Part shown: piece after piece, positions 22,502-32,878 of the stretch
Numbering within the stretch: the stretch's first letter is position 1
How the letters are laid out: each line of letters begins with the position of its first letter
NCBI GenBank assembly: GCA_026418625.1
Contig: JAOABA010000022.1
Span: 10,572 to 74,571, forward strand
Reading direction: 5' to 3'
Source: Candidatus Kapaibacterium sp.
GTDB lineage: Bacteria > Bacteroidota > Ignavibacteria > Kapaibacteriales > UBA2268
DNA: 64,000 bases
Notes under the pieces: generated by a model
Database searches by the model: none
What the model was told of the DNA's origin: nothing
What the model saw: the letters and a program-made list of their open reading frames with translations, nothing else
Program-made: the position numbers and the translations under genes

Positions 22502-23299
22502 TTAGACTTTCCCTTTTCCCAAAGACATTATTATTTTCATTGTTTCATCCTGAAATAATTCAAGTGAATTTTTTGCTACCATTATTAATATTGGTGTTGA
22601 TATTAAAAGAACAAGTAATCCAACAGCAATTTTAAGCTGAAAACTCATTACGAATATATTTGTTTGAGGAGCTATTCTTGCCAATAATGCTAAAACCAAA
22701 TTAGTTAAGAAGAGTGCAACAAGGATAGGAGCGGAAATTTTCACACCTATAATAATGACACTTGTTGCAATCTTTATCATCAAATCTTTTGCTGACAATG
22801 AGAATTCAAGTGTTGTCAATGGAATTATATCAAGACTTGCATTTAGGCTTTCAATCAAATAATGATGCCCATTAAGTAATAAAAATAAAACAAGCGTTGC
22901 CATTTCGAATAGGTTCCCAACCAAGGTTGGAGAATCATCACCCATATTAAACATAGCAGCGGCTTGGTAACCCATATCAAAATCAATAATACCACCTGCA
23001 AGTTTAGCACCCCAAAAAACTAAATTTGCAGTATAACCAATGATAAATCCAATAAACATTTCCTTCATAACAAGAAACACCAAATTCCACAGGTGAAAAT
23101 CAATCTGAGGTTGGCTTTCCCAATGAGTTGCCGTTAATGTAAATGCAAGTATGAATGATATAATAATTTTTAACTGAATATTAATAGCCATACTTTTGAA
23201 AAAAGGGGCTGAAATAAATAATCCTGTTATTCTGACAAAGATTAGCAGACCAATGATAAATTTTCCTGTTAAAAAATATATATCACTTGAATTTATCAT
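22502..23299 (-). CDS. fliR: Flagellar biosynthetic protein FliR.
   Basis: 265-aa polytopic membrane protein sitting between fliQ and flhB. Confidence 0.85.
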   Translation of the reverse strand: MINSSDIYFLTGKFIIGLLIFVRITGLFISAPFFKSMAINIQLKIIISFILAFTLTATHWESQPQIDFHLWNLVFLVMKEMFIGFIIGYTANLVFWGAKLAGGIIDFDMGYQAAAMFNMGDDSPTLVGNLFEMATLVLFLLLNGHHYLIESLNASLDIIPLTTLEFSLSAKDLMIKIATSVIIIGVKISAPILVALFLTNLVLALLARIAPQTNIFVMSFQLKIAVGLLVLLISTPILIMVAKNSLELFQDETMKIIMSLGKGKV

Positions 23300-23562
23300 T
23301 TAAGCGTGGGAATCATTTTTATGATTTCAATTGCGAAAGTTTTGATATTGCTGAGCATAAAGGGAAGAAATAATACACTCATCAAAAATACTACTAATAG
23401 CTTGGGGACAAATGTCAATGTCTGTTCCGAGATTGATGTTGCGGCTTGAAAAATTGATATTAATAAGCCTATTACCAAGGATGCTAAAAGAAGTGGTCCG
23501 CAAATAAGAATAACATAATAAAAGGCATCTCTAACTAATTGTATAACCATTTGGTCTGTCAT
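23296..23562 (-). CDS. fliQ: Flagellar biosynthetic protein FliQ.
   Basis: 88 aa, two TM helices. It overlaps fliR by 4 nt, consistent with translational coupling. Confidence 0.85.
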   Translation of the reverse strand: MTDQMVIQLVRDAFYYVILICGPLLLASLVIGLLISIFQAATSISEQTLTFVPKLLVVFLMSVLFLPFMLSNIKTFAIEIIKMIPTLK

Positions 23563-23577
23563 ATTCTTTCCTTTTTT

Positions 23578-24354
23578 TTACCTTAAAATACTTTGCATTA
23601 GGGATTCAATCACTAAATACCAGCCATCAACTAATATAAATAAGAGCAGTTTTATAGGCAATGATATCAATTGCGGAGGCAAGAGAAACATTCCGAGCGA
23701 CATCAGCACACTCGCTATCACCATATCCAGAACAAGGAATGGAACGAATAGCAAAAATCCAATCTGAAATGCCATCTTTAATTCACTTATTGAATAAGCA
23801 GGTATGATTGTCCAAATTGATACTTCACTTATATCGGCTGGTTTATCTTTTCCGCTTAACTTGATAAAAAGCCTTAAATCTTCTTCCCTTGTATGCTTAA
23901 GCATAAAATCCCTGAAGGGCTGAACTATATTATCAACAGCCTGAGTTTGATTTATTTCTTCTCTTATATAGGGTTGAAGCCCTCTTTCGTTTGCCTGATC
24001 CAGAACCGGCTGCATAACAAAAAATGTAAGAAATAGGGCTAAACCGGATAAAAGTTGATTTGGTGGTTGCGTCTGAGTCCCAAGTGCCTGCCTTAAAAAG
24101 TGAAAAACTACAATTATTCTGGTAAAGCAGGTCATCATTATCAAAATTGATGGTGCAAGAGTCAAAACGGTAATAACAGCAAGAATCTGCAAATTCAACG
24201 CTAAATCATCGCTTTTATCTGAATTGTTTACATTTATTGAAACAGTTGGTAAGGTCAGATTATTAGTTTGGGGTGCCTGAGCAAATCCTTTGCCCAGAGA
24301 CCCCAAGAATAGAACAGTAATCAAGAACAGACCTGCGATAATTCCTTTTATCAT
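23578..24354 (-). CDS. fliP: Flagellar biosynthetic protein FliP.
   Basis: 258 aa with a signal peptide and conserved FliP core (FTRIIVVFHFLRQALG). Confidence 0.88.
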   Translation of the reverse strand: MIKGIIAGLFLITVLFLGSLGKGFAQAPQTNNLTLPTVSINVNNSDKSDDLALNLQILAVITVLTLAPSILIMMTCFTRIIVVFHFLRQALGTQTQPPNQLLSGLALFLTFFVMQPVLDQANERGLQPYIREEINQTQAVDNIVQPFRDFMLKHTREEDLRLFIKLSGKDKPADISEVSIWTIIPAYSISELKMAFQIGFLLFVPFLVLDMVIASVLMSLGMFLLPPQLISLPIKLLLFILVDGWYLVIESLMQSILR

Positions 24355-24393
24355 TCTCCTAATCCATTAGTTTTTTGTCCGAAATCACTTATT

Positions 24394-24409
24394 ACAATAG
24401 CTGTGCCAA
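24394..24409 (-). promoter_or_regulatory. Candidate sigma-54-type promoter (-24 GG / -12 GT) upstream of fliP.
   Basis: Minus strand TTGGCACAGCTATTGT, about 45 nt upstream of the fliP ATG. It matches TGGCAC-N5-TTGC except that GC is replaced by GT at -12. Confidence 0.3.
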
Positions 24410-24548
24410 AGTAAAAATCATTTCTCTGATTTTTTTATTCTATGATTTTATGTTCTTTTAAATCATATATTTAAAGGTATTCGAGGAAGGAAATAATTTT
24501 TTTAGGTTTAATCTGTTGATGAAATCTAATTTGCCACAAAAAAATAAA

Positions 24549-24566
24549 TTGTTCATTATTGAACAA
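24549..24566. promoter_or_regulatory. Perfect 18-bp palindrome in the divergent fliP / repeat-protein intergenic region; candidate operator.
   Basis: TTGTTCA-TTAT-TGAACAA, read directly from the sequence. Confidence 0.35.
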
Positions 24567-24716
24567 TTGTCTAAAAAGTTTATTGGATAAAAAAAACACA
24601 AGATTTACAGAATTTATCATATTATATCATTTTTTTTGTAATAGAAAATTAAATACATTATTTTATTTGACTTGAAAAATTAAATCATTGAAAAATATTT
24701 AAGTTGGAGAATAACA

Positions 24717-27062
24717 ATGGCACTAAAATCAGAGATTGAGAATCTGGAAGTAAATTGCAAAACTGCTATCGAGTTAATTAATCTTGCTCTTAAAGCACTC
24801 GAAGAACCCACAGACAAGGAATATGCAGCTCATCTGCTCGAGAAAGCCGAAAACCTTTGCTCGGTTCCAATTGATTACATCAGACTCGCCGAAGCTTATA
24901 TAATTGGTTTCGACGATAAAGATAAAGCTGATGAATTTTATGAAGAAGCCGAAGATAATTGTTTCGAGGCTATTGAATCAGCTGAACTCGGTCATAGTAT
25001 TGCAAAATACCTTGGTGACAAAGACAGAGCCAAAGAATTTTTGAACTCGGCAGCGAAAGATGCCAAAAAACCTGCTGAAATACTGACAATCATCTCTTAT
25101 GTCAAATCTGACCTGAGCGATGATGCCTTGGCAAAAGAACTGATGACAAAAATTGAAGCACAATGCAAAACACTTGATGATTATAAATCTCTGGCAAAAA
25201 GCATTATTGCTGATACTAATGATAAACAATCCGCTAAAGAATTGCTCAAAAAAGCAGAAAGCAAAGTAAACGGAATCGCAGACTACGTCAAATTCTGCGA
25301 AATTATCAATGAATTATTAGAAGATAAAGAATGGATTAATGACATACTTGAGGAAAATTCCGAAGATGCTCAATTTACAAAAGATTTCACACTTTTAGCT
25401 ACAGCATATAAAAATTTCTGTGCTGATGATGATAAAGCAAAGGAAATGCTTGATTCAGCAAAAGATTATGCAATGAAAGGTGATGAATTCATTGATCTTG
25501 CCTTTACATTCTGGAATTTATATCAAGACAAAGATTTGGCAAGTCAGTTCTTCGAAAAAGGATTGAACGATCTAAATGATACTGCCAAATTGCTCGAAAT
25601 TGCTGGACTAATTGCCAAAGATATAAAGGATGAAAACCTTGCCAAAAAGTTCTTCAAAAAAGCTGAATCCAAGATGACCTCTGCAAAAGACCTTAGCAAT
25701 TTAGCTAAAGTGGTAATTAATGACCTAAACGACAAAGAATATGCAAAGGATATCTATTCAAGAGCAACTGAAAGCATTGATGATCCTAAGGAACTCATAA
25801 GATTAGCTGATGAACTAATCTCGGCAATCGGCGATAAGGAAATGGCTAATTCTATTTATCAAAAAGCTTTCGAAAAAGCTGAAAAACTTGATATTTTGCT
25901 CGAAATTGTTGATGAATCTGCCAAAAATGACGGAAGCAAAGAATTTATTCGAAATGTCATTCAAAAAGCTGAAAATTTAGCGAATGGCAGTCCTGAACTA
26001 ATTCTTGTAGGTCAAAAAATTCTGAAAGCACTTGGTGACAAAGACTATGCTGCAAAAGTTCTTACTAATGCCGAAGAAATTGTTACAAGCCTAAAAGAAT
26101 TGAAGGATGTCTCAGTTGTAGTAAACGAAAATTTCGCTGACAAAAAAGAATGGATTGATAGAATAAACGTAAAAATACAGAAAAGAGAAGAAAATCAGGC
26201 TAAGTATGATGAATACCAAAAGCTTGAAAATGATGCTAAATTACTAAAGGACTACCTGAACCTTGTTGATGATTTAATGGCAACTCTCGATGATCCTTAC
26301 TATGCTAAGAAACTTCTTGGTAAAGCAGAGAACTTGCTGAATAATGAACAATTCAATATTGATAATTACGAAAAACTTATAGTTTCAATCAAAAAACATC
26401 TGAATGATACTAACTGGATTTTCAATATTTTAAATCATATTCTTCAAAACAGAGTTAAATTCGTTTTTGATTATCTCAATCTAATTGATATTACATTAAA
26501 ACATATAACAGATGAACCATCAGCGAAAAAATTAGCTGAGGAAATACTAAAGAAAGCCGAAAATGTCATTGATAATTCTGATAAAAAACTTGCTTATGAC
26601 TATTTCAAATTAGCCAAAATAGCTTATGAAAAATTGAATAATACTAATTGGGCTTTGGATTTATTAGCCAAAGCTGAAAAGTGCGATTTAGATCCTTATG
26701 CCTATGTTAATATTGGAAATCTCGAACTTAAGCTCAATAAACAGGATATTGCACAGACGAATTTCGATAAGGCTATTTCGAATTGCAAGTCATCTGCAGA
26801 AATTGTGAATTTAATCTCATTCCTTAAAACAATTAACGATGATAATAACTTGCTTGTTAATCTTTATTTGAAGGGCAAAAACAACCTCAATCAGCTTAAT
26901 GAAATGATTACTTGGGCTGAAGGATTTGTTGATTTGTTTGGTGATAAAAACAGAAGCGAAAAGATTTATAGCGATATCCTTAATCAAGCAAGAAACAAAG
27001 AAGAGAAAGAACTTGTAAACCTCAGCCGAAAACAAAAATTAGAAGGAGAATATTGGGAATAA
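24717..27062 (+). CDS. Large cytoplasmic solenoid protein made of about 20 copies of a 34-aa repeat (TPR length, non-canonical consensus DK[DE]xAKxxLxKAE...D[YL]xxLA). Function unknown.
   Basis: 781 aa with no signal peptide. Manual alignment of the units (e.g. DKEYAAHLLEKAENLCSVPIDYIRLAEAYIIGFD, DKDKADEFYEEAEDNCFEAIESAELGHSIAKYLG). GGAGA RBS before the ATG. Confidence 0.7.
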   Translation: MALKSEIENLEVNCKTAIELINLALKALEEPTDKEYAAHLLEKAENLCSVPIDYIRLAEAYIIGFDDKDKADEFYEEAEDNCFEAIESAELGHSIAKYLGDKDRAKEFLNSAAKDAKKPAEILTIISYVKSDLSDDALAKELMTKIEAQCKTLDDYKSLAKSIIADTNDKQSAKELLKKAESKVNGIADYVKFCEIINELLEDKEWINDILEENSEDAQFTKDFTLLATAYKNFCADDDKAKEMLDSAKDYAMKGDEFIDLAFTFWNLYQDKDLASQFFEKGLNDLNDTAKLLEIAGLIAKDIKDENLAKKFFKKAESKMTSAKDLSNLAKVVINDLNDKEYAKDIYSRATESIDDPKELIRLADELISAIGDKEMANSIYQKAFEKAEKLDILLEIVDESAKNDGSKEFIRNVIQKAENLANGSPELILVGQKILKALGDKDYAAKVLTNAEEIVTSLKELKDVSVVVNENFADKKEWIDRINVKIQKREENQAKYDEYQKLENDAKLLKDYLNLVDDLMATLDDPYYAKKLLGKAENLLNNEQFNIDNYEKLIVSIKKHLNDTNWIFNILNHILQNRVKFVFDYLNLIDITLKHITDEPSAKKLAEEILKKAENVIDNSDKKLAYDYFKLAKIAYEKLNNTNWALDLLAKAEKCDLDPYAYVNIGNLELKLNKQDIAQTNFDKAISNCKSSAEIVNLISFLKTINDDNNLLVNLYLKGKNNLNQLNEMITWAEGFVDLFGDKNRSEKIYSDILNQARNKEEKELVNLSRKQKLEGEYWE

Positions 27063-27273
27063 ACTAAATTAAAATAACTCAATAATTTTAAGCAAATTCC
27101 CAAAAAAAGTATTTCACTTTCTTATCGTAAAGTGGTTATTTCGTTTTTTTTCTTCTTTTTTTGAGATTAATCAATTAGTTTTTACTCTTACAAAAACTAT
27201 AGATTGAGGACAAACAAGCTGTCTGTCTTGCAATGAACAGTTGATAAGAATTTTTTCCTAAGCAATGATAATT

Positions 27274-28164
27274 TTAAATCAATCCGGCATTTTGCATTGC
27301 TTTTTTGAATATATCTTTGTTTTTCTTAGTCATTTCGAGCAATGGCAAACGATAAACAGGGTCAATTTTTTTCATCAAAGCTAAAGCATATTTGACTGGT
27401 ATAGGATTGGATTCGATGAAATTCAATTCCATCAGTTCCATCAATTCGTAATGAATTTTACGAGCTTTGTCGAATATTCCGTTCATTGCATTTTTGACCA
27501 TTTCGCTGAATTGCTTAGGTGCATAATTGCTAATAACCGAAACGACACCTTTTCCTCCGAAAGCAATTATCGGGAGAGTGAAAATATCATCACCAGAAAG
27601 CAAATTGAAGCCTTCGGGAGCATCTTTGATAATCTTCATCATTTGCTCAAAATTCCCAGAGGCTTCCTTAGTAGCCACAATATTTTTGCAGGTTTTAGCC
27701 AATTTTAACTGAGTTTCCGCAGAAATATTAACTCCCGTCCTACCGGGAACATTATAAATGATAACTGGAATATCAACATTATCCGCTACTAATTTAAAAT
27801 GCTCATATAATCCATCCTGAGTGGGTTTGTTGTAGTAGGGAGCAACAAGCAATAAACCTGTAACACCTAAATTGAATGCTATAGTAGAAAGATTCAGAGT
27901 GCCTTCGGTTTCATTACTGCCGGTGCCTGCGATAATCGGAATTTTCCCTCCAGCATATTCAATTGATTTTTTGAAGATTGCAATTTTATCATTAATTGTT
28001 AAAGTAGCACTTTCGCCTGTTGAACCACAAACAACGATTGCATCAACACCACCTTGAATCTGAAATTCAATTAAATCTTTTAGTGCTTCAAAATCTACTG
28101 CGCCACCTTTTTGAAATGGAGTTACAAGGGCTGTTATTGTTCCCTGCGGTATATATTTTTTCAT
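27274..28164 (-). CDS. dapA: 4-hydroxy-tetrahydrodipicolinate synthase.
   Basis: 296 aa; TALVTPF...GGVDAIVVCGSTGESATLT motif and an active-site Lys region. Confidence 0.88.
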   Translation of the reverse strand: MKKYIPQGTITALVTPFQKGGAVDFEALKDLIEFQIQGGVDAIVVCGSTGESATLTINDKIAIFKKSIEYAGGKIPIIAGTGSNETEGTLNLSTIAFNLGVTGLLLVAPYYNKPTQDGLYEHFKLVADNVDIPVIIYNVPGRTGVNISAETQLKLAKTCKNIVATKEASGNFEQMMKIIKDAPEGFNLLSGDDIFTLPIIAFGGKGVVSVISNYAPKQFSEMVKNAMNGIFDKARKIHYELMELMELNFIESNPIPVKYALALMKKIDPVYRLPLLEMTKKNKDIFKKAMQNAGLI

Positions 28165-28378
28165 CAGCTAACCCCTTTTAATAAAACATTATTTTCTGAA
28201 CAGAACTTTAAAACAAAATAAATTATAAATTTAATATTAAAAATAATGCTTTTATTTATTATTTTAAAAAAAATATTTTTATATAACTTAAATTATTATG
28301 ATTAATATACTTATAACTGTTGTTGTTCAATTATAACTTTTAAAAAATTCCGTATTTATATTTACTATTGATTTGCTC

Positions 28379-28923
28379 TCATTCAATTATTTTATAAATT
28401 GCACCATTTGGTGTTAAAATACTCTCAATGAGGTTGAATTTGAAGCTTTTCATTTCTCCAAAGAGAGTCTCCCTGTATTTTTCGATAGCTTTTCTAAAAT
28501 TTGTCCTATCAGCGAATTTAACTCGTTGGAGTGTGATGTGAGGATGGTATTCACGTTTTTCTGGTTTAAACCCGAACTTTTGCAATATTTTTGTTGTTTC
28601 TTTCTGAATTTCAAAGACCTTCCCATCAGGATTCAGAACATTTATAAAAAGAACTCTTGGATTTCTCAAATCAGGAAATGCCCCTAATCCTTTGATAATT
28701 AAATTTGACTCAAAGTTTGTATGATAATTTTTTAAACTGTCCCTGATTTTCTCAACAACTGACTCTTCTGTATCTCCAATGAAATGATAGGTGAAGTGTA
28801 GGTTTTCGATTTCCACCCATTTTCCTTTCGTTGCATTTTTGAATTCCTTCTGCAATTCATCATAAATATTATCAAGTATTAAACCATCAATAAAAGTTCC
28901 GGTAAAAATTCTTTTCGATGCCA
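28379..28923 (-). CDS. thpR: RNA 2',3'-cyclic phosphodiesterase (2H phosphoesterase, ThpR/LigT family).
   Basis: Two H-x-T-x motifs (HFTYHF, HPHITL). The probable start is the Met of MASKRIFTG (28923), giving 181 aa; the track ORF is extended 57 codons upstream. Confidence 0.7.
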
Positions 28924-29012
28924 TATTTCTAATTTTTATTATTAAATTGTAACAAAATAAAGAATGTGGTGTTAATAATAAAAATTTTTTTTTTGTAAGA
29001 AAGAGAGTTAAT

Positions 29013-31463
29013 ATGAGAAAATTAGTTTGTTTGCTTTTTATATTGACATTATTCCAAACTTCCACAGTTCTCTCTGAGTGGGAGCATAAGTTCAACGCTG
29101 TAAACGAACAATGCTATGTTGAACTCGATGGTAAGCTCTATCGGGGCTTTACAAATGGCCTTTCTATATATCACTTAAAAAAGAATCAAGAAAAGTTTTA
29201 CACTATGCTAAATTCGGATTTACCCGGTAATTATGTAAATTCAATGATATTGCTGGAAGATAAATCAATCTTAGTTAGCACCGATAAAGGTCTTGCTGTG
29301 ATTGAAAATGGAGTGATTACAACTAACAAACCAATTTGCACAACTTACCCTGATAATGACTCAAGAAAATTGTATTTAGATGAGTTTTCTAATATCTGGA
29401 CTTTTTCAGCTCAAAAGGTTCATTTATTCAAGGATAATGAATGGAAAACATTTGATTTAAGCACACAGAACATCCCTTTTCCTTTTGAAATTCTTGAATT
29501 ATTTGTTGATGGTGATAGTGTTTTGGCAATGTTTCATAACCAGCTAAAATCAGGCACTTCTTATTATTATAACACTAATTCAGATTTATATCTCTCGATA
29601 GCCATAATAAACGAAAACGGTATTTCTTACCTTTGGCTGGATAATCAAACATTCCCCTATAGACAAGGGGGTTATAGTCTTATCAGATCTGGTGATGAAC
29701 TTTGGTTTCAAAATTATAATGCAATATTTAAGTATAAAAATGATAGATGGGATAGCCTCAAAGTATTCAACTTCGGTAATTATAAGCCTTATTTCAGCAC
29801 ACAATCATTTTTTAAAGATAAATTCGGCAGGGTTTGGACTATTTTGGAAGATACCCTCAAAAAAATTCGATTACCAGCTTCCTACGACCCAAGCACTAAT
29901 AAAGTAAAAGTTTATCTTGAAAATGAAAAAGAGAGTTTCTACTATATTTCTGTCCTGAGTAATGACAATTTGATGATTTGGAATCACTCAACAATGGTCT
30001 TGTATGATATTGAAACCGACACTTGGAAGAAATCTTCATCAGTATCATTAGGAATTCCTGAAAACTGTCTGTTCTTTAAGCCAAGAATACTTAATGGAAA
30101 AATTTATGTTTTTCTATCGGTTATTTATCAAAATTATTCTTATGATTATACATTCTATGGTAACTTATTCTGTATAGAAGATAAAACGGTAATACCAAAA
30201 TTATTTAATGAATTACCCTATTCCTCTCTGGTTCAATGCGCAATTAACAAAAAAGGTCAGGGACTGTTTAAAGGAAGATTTGTAGGGGAGGAACTGAAAG
30301 TTCAGACTTCATCTGGTTTTGTTCAGCAACGCTTTTATTCAAATGTATTTCCAGTAGTAGCATTACCAGACGGTAATATTTATTTTAGCAAATTTACTAT
30401 TGATAGGAAAAATATTTATTCGACCATCGCAACTTGGGATGATTCAGATTTGGTCCAAATTGATATGGGATTCAAGGATAAAAATGCTGATTTAAGCGAT
30501 ATTGATTATTATCAAGATAATATAATTACAATGGGCACTTATTATTATGACCCAAAACAGGATTCTGCTACAACTTGTATTTCAATTTATAACACTAAAA
30601 CAAAAAAATTAAATAAATATGACAAATTTAACTCAGGTTTGCCTGATTATTATTTTGAAAAGGTTGATATTATTTGGTTTGTTCAGGATACGGTTCCTAA
30701 AAGTATCAGTGTTGATGATGCTGGAAATGTCTGGCTTATGACCTCAATGAGCCTTATAAAATTCAAAGATGGAAAAGTTAATATTTTTGATTTGCCAAAG
30801 AACTCAGATGGAAGCCCATTATCAATTCCAAAAATTTTCTTTGATGGCAATTCAAAGCAACTCATTGCTTATTTCGAATCTTTTGAACCACATAATTATT
30901 ATACTTATAGAGCTAAATTTTATTTCTTTGATACATTTTTTAACCAATGGGATAGCACTGATATAAAAGGTGCCGGAATTATTGGTAAATTAGTTCGTAT
31001 GAAAAAGCTGCTTGATGGTAATGTCTGGGCTTGCGATAATTTAGGCTACTTTTATAAATATTCTGGCGATGGAAAGTTCAAAATTTTCGACTTAAGAATA
31101 AATAACCGACCAAACCTTGGATTTCAAATAAACGATTTTTCGATGGATGTAAACGGTTATTTACATTTAGCTACTGATATTGGTTTGCTTTCTAACAAAT
31201 CAATTTTGCTGAATGTTGAGGAAAATGACAAATTTTCAAACGAACTGAAAGTTTACCCAAATCCCTTTAACGATAAAATTAACATTGAATTACCTAATGA
31301 TGATATTATCCAATTTGAATTGATTGATATTTTCGGCAGAAGGATAATTAAATCCTATGGAACAAATTATTTAAATACCGAGACAATCTCAGCAGGATTA
31401 TATATTTTAAAAGTTCAAAACTCGAATAATCAGTCGAAATCAATAAAAGTAATAAAATATTGA
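29013..31463 (+). CDS. Secreted hypothetical protein with beta-propeller-like repeats and a T9SS C-terminal sorting domain.
   Basis: Signal peptide MRKLVCLLFILTLFQTSTVLS. The C-terminal ~75 aa (LKVYPNPFNDKINIELPND...GLYILKVQNSNNQSKSIKVIKY) are a typical Por_Secre_tail. Confidence 0.65.
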   Translation: MRKLVCLLFILTLFQTSTVLSEWEHKFNAVNEQCYVELDGKLYRGFTNGLSIYHLKKNQEKFYTMLNSDLPGNYVNSMILLEDKSILVSTDKGLAVIENGVITTNKPICTTYPDNDSRKLYLDEFSNIWTFSAQKVHLFKDNEWKTFDLSTQNIPFPFEILELFVDGDSVLAMFHNQLKSGTSYYYNTNSDLYLSIAIINENGISYLWLDNQTFPYRQGGYSLIRSGDELWFQNYNAIFKYKNDRWDSLKVFNFGNYKPYFSTQSFFKDKFGRVWTILEDTLKKIRLPASYDPSTNKVKVYLENEKESFYYISVLSNDNLMIWNHSTMVLYDIETDTWKKSSSVSLGIPENCLFFKPRILNGKIYVFLSVIYQNYSYDYTFYGNLFCIEDKTVIPKLFNELPYSSLVQCAINKKGQGLFKGRFVGEELKVQTSSGFVQQRFYSNVFPVVALPDGNIYFSKFTIDRKNIYSTIATWDDSDLVQIDMGFKDKNADLSDIDYYQDNIITMGTYYYDPKQDSATTCISIYNTKTKKLNKYDKFNSGLPDYYFEKVDIIWFVQDTVPKSISVDDAGNVWLMTSMSLIKFKDGKVNIFDLPKNSDGSPLSIPKIFFDGNSKQLIAYFESFEPHNYYTYRAKFYFFDTFFNQWDSTDIKGAGIIGKLVRMKKLLDGNVWACDNLGYFYKYSGDGKFKIFDLRINNRPNLGFQINDFSMDVNGYLHLATDIGLLSNKSILLNVEENDKFSNELKVYPNPFNDKINIELPNDDIIQFELIDIFGRRIIKSYGTNYLNTETISAGLYILKVQNSNNQSKSIKVIKY

Positions 31464-31616
31464 AATAATTGAAATAATTTACATATAAATCAATTCACTT
31501 TTTGGATATTTTATACCAAAAGATGTTGAATTTATCAATAATAAGATGTAAAGAATGCTTTGGTTTTTAGTTTAAAGGCTCATTATTCAATATCAATATT
31601 ACTGACGAAATATTTA

Positions 31617-32873
31617 TCAGACAATCTTCTTCAGCTTTTGGGTGCGGTAAGCGTTGAGCATAAGTCCAACCAAGCAGAAATTTGTGATTAAGAAAGAACC
31701 GCCGGAACTTAAAAAAGGCAGGGGTATTCCCATTACGGGGACTATCCCGATAGCCATTCCGATATTAATAATAGAGTGATATAGAATAATAACTCCTCCT
31801 CCAAAGCTAACTATACTAAGAAATTTTGAATCAGAGGCTGCCGCTATTCTCATCGAGCGGTTAATCAGGAATGCCAGTAATCCTATGACTAATAGTCCTC
31901 CAAGAAATCCAAATTCTTCCGTAGGAACTGAGAAAATGAAGTCTGTCCATTGCTCCGGAATATATTTCAATCTTGTCTGAGTTCCCTGCAAAAACCCAGC
32001 CCCAGTTAAACCGCCGTTACCAACTGCAAGTATTGATTGAATTACGTTATAGCCCTGTTTTTTTGGATGCGAACCCGGGTCAAGAAAAATTGCAATTCTT
32101 TCTTTCTGGTATGGTTCGAGCTTTTCGACTATAATATTTGATAAATAACCTGCTACTCCAACTATTATTATTCCTAAAACCGTTACCCAAATTTTTCTTC
32201 TGAACAGAGCGGCTATTATTGCAAAAATTGAAAGAGAAAGGACAAAATAACCTATGCCAAACAATGAAAAAATTACTACTAATGGAGTTGCAACAAGAAT
32301 AAATATTATGAATAAGTCAAATCCAGCCCAGAAAAGTATCCCTATAAACAAAGCAAGAAATACTGTCGTTGTTCCGTGGTCAGGTTGTAGAAAAATCAAA
32401 GTTACAGGAACAACAAAAATTAGCAATAGCTTTCCAAGGTCTCTGACTGTATGGACATCAAACCCCCTTGTTGAAATGAATTTAGCTAATAACAACAAAG
32501 TTGATAATTTTGCAAACTCCGCCGGCTGAAGATTGAAGCTTCCGAACGAGAGCCATCCTTTTGTCCCGTTAATCTCCTTTCCGATTATTAATACTGCAAT
32601 TAGAAGCAGTATATTAGTTCCGAAAAGGATATAAACTATATTTGTTATCCATCTTTCGGGTATAAAAGTTATACCAACCATCAGTGCAAGACCAATAATT
32701 GAATAGTAGAGCTGGCGGGTAAAGATTGAACTCATTCCTGCATCAAAAGTTGCACTATAAATCGAAATCAACCCGATGGCTGTCAGAGTAACAGTAGTTA
32801 GAAAAGTTCTCCAATCGAAGAATTCTCCCGGATTCCTTTTTAAATAAATTCCTGTTTCTCTCTCTTGACCCAT
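31617..32873 (-). CDS. SEDS-family peptidoglycan glycosyltransferase (RodA/FtsW).
   Basis: 418 aa with ten predicted TM helices and conserved SEDS residues (QPAEFAKL, GGSF). Confidence 0.8.
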   Translation of the reverse strand: MGQERETGIYLKRNPGEFFDWRTFLTTVTLTAIGLISIYSATFDAGMSSIFTRQLYYSIIGLALMVGITFIPERWITNIVYILFGTNILLLIAVLIIGKEINGTKGWLSFGSFNLQPAEFAKLSTLLLLAKFISTRGFDVHTVRDLGKLLLIFVVPVTLIFLQPDHGTTTVFLALFIGILFWAGFDLFIIFILVATPLVVIFSLFGIGYFVLSLSIFAIIAALFRRKIWVTVLGIIIVGVAGYLSNIIVEKLEPYQKERIAIFLDPGSHPKKQGYNVIQSILAVGNGGLTGAGFLQGTQTRLKYIPEQWTDFIFSVPTEEFGFLGGLLVIGLLAFLINRSMRIAAASDSKFLSIVSFGGGVIILYHSIINIGMAIGIVPVMGIPLPFLSSGGSFLITNFCLVGLMLNAYRTQKLKKIV

Positions 32874-32878
32874 TTTGT

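Noticed and set aside
27063-27273. A convergent terminator hairpin was sought between the repeat protein and dapA.
   Set aside because: There are several weak partial inverted repeats but no convincing GC-rich stem plus T-run, so none is reported.
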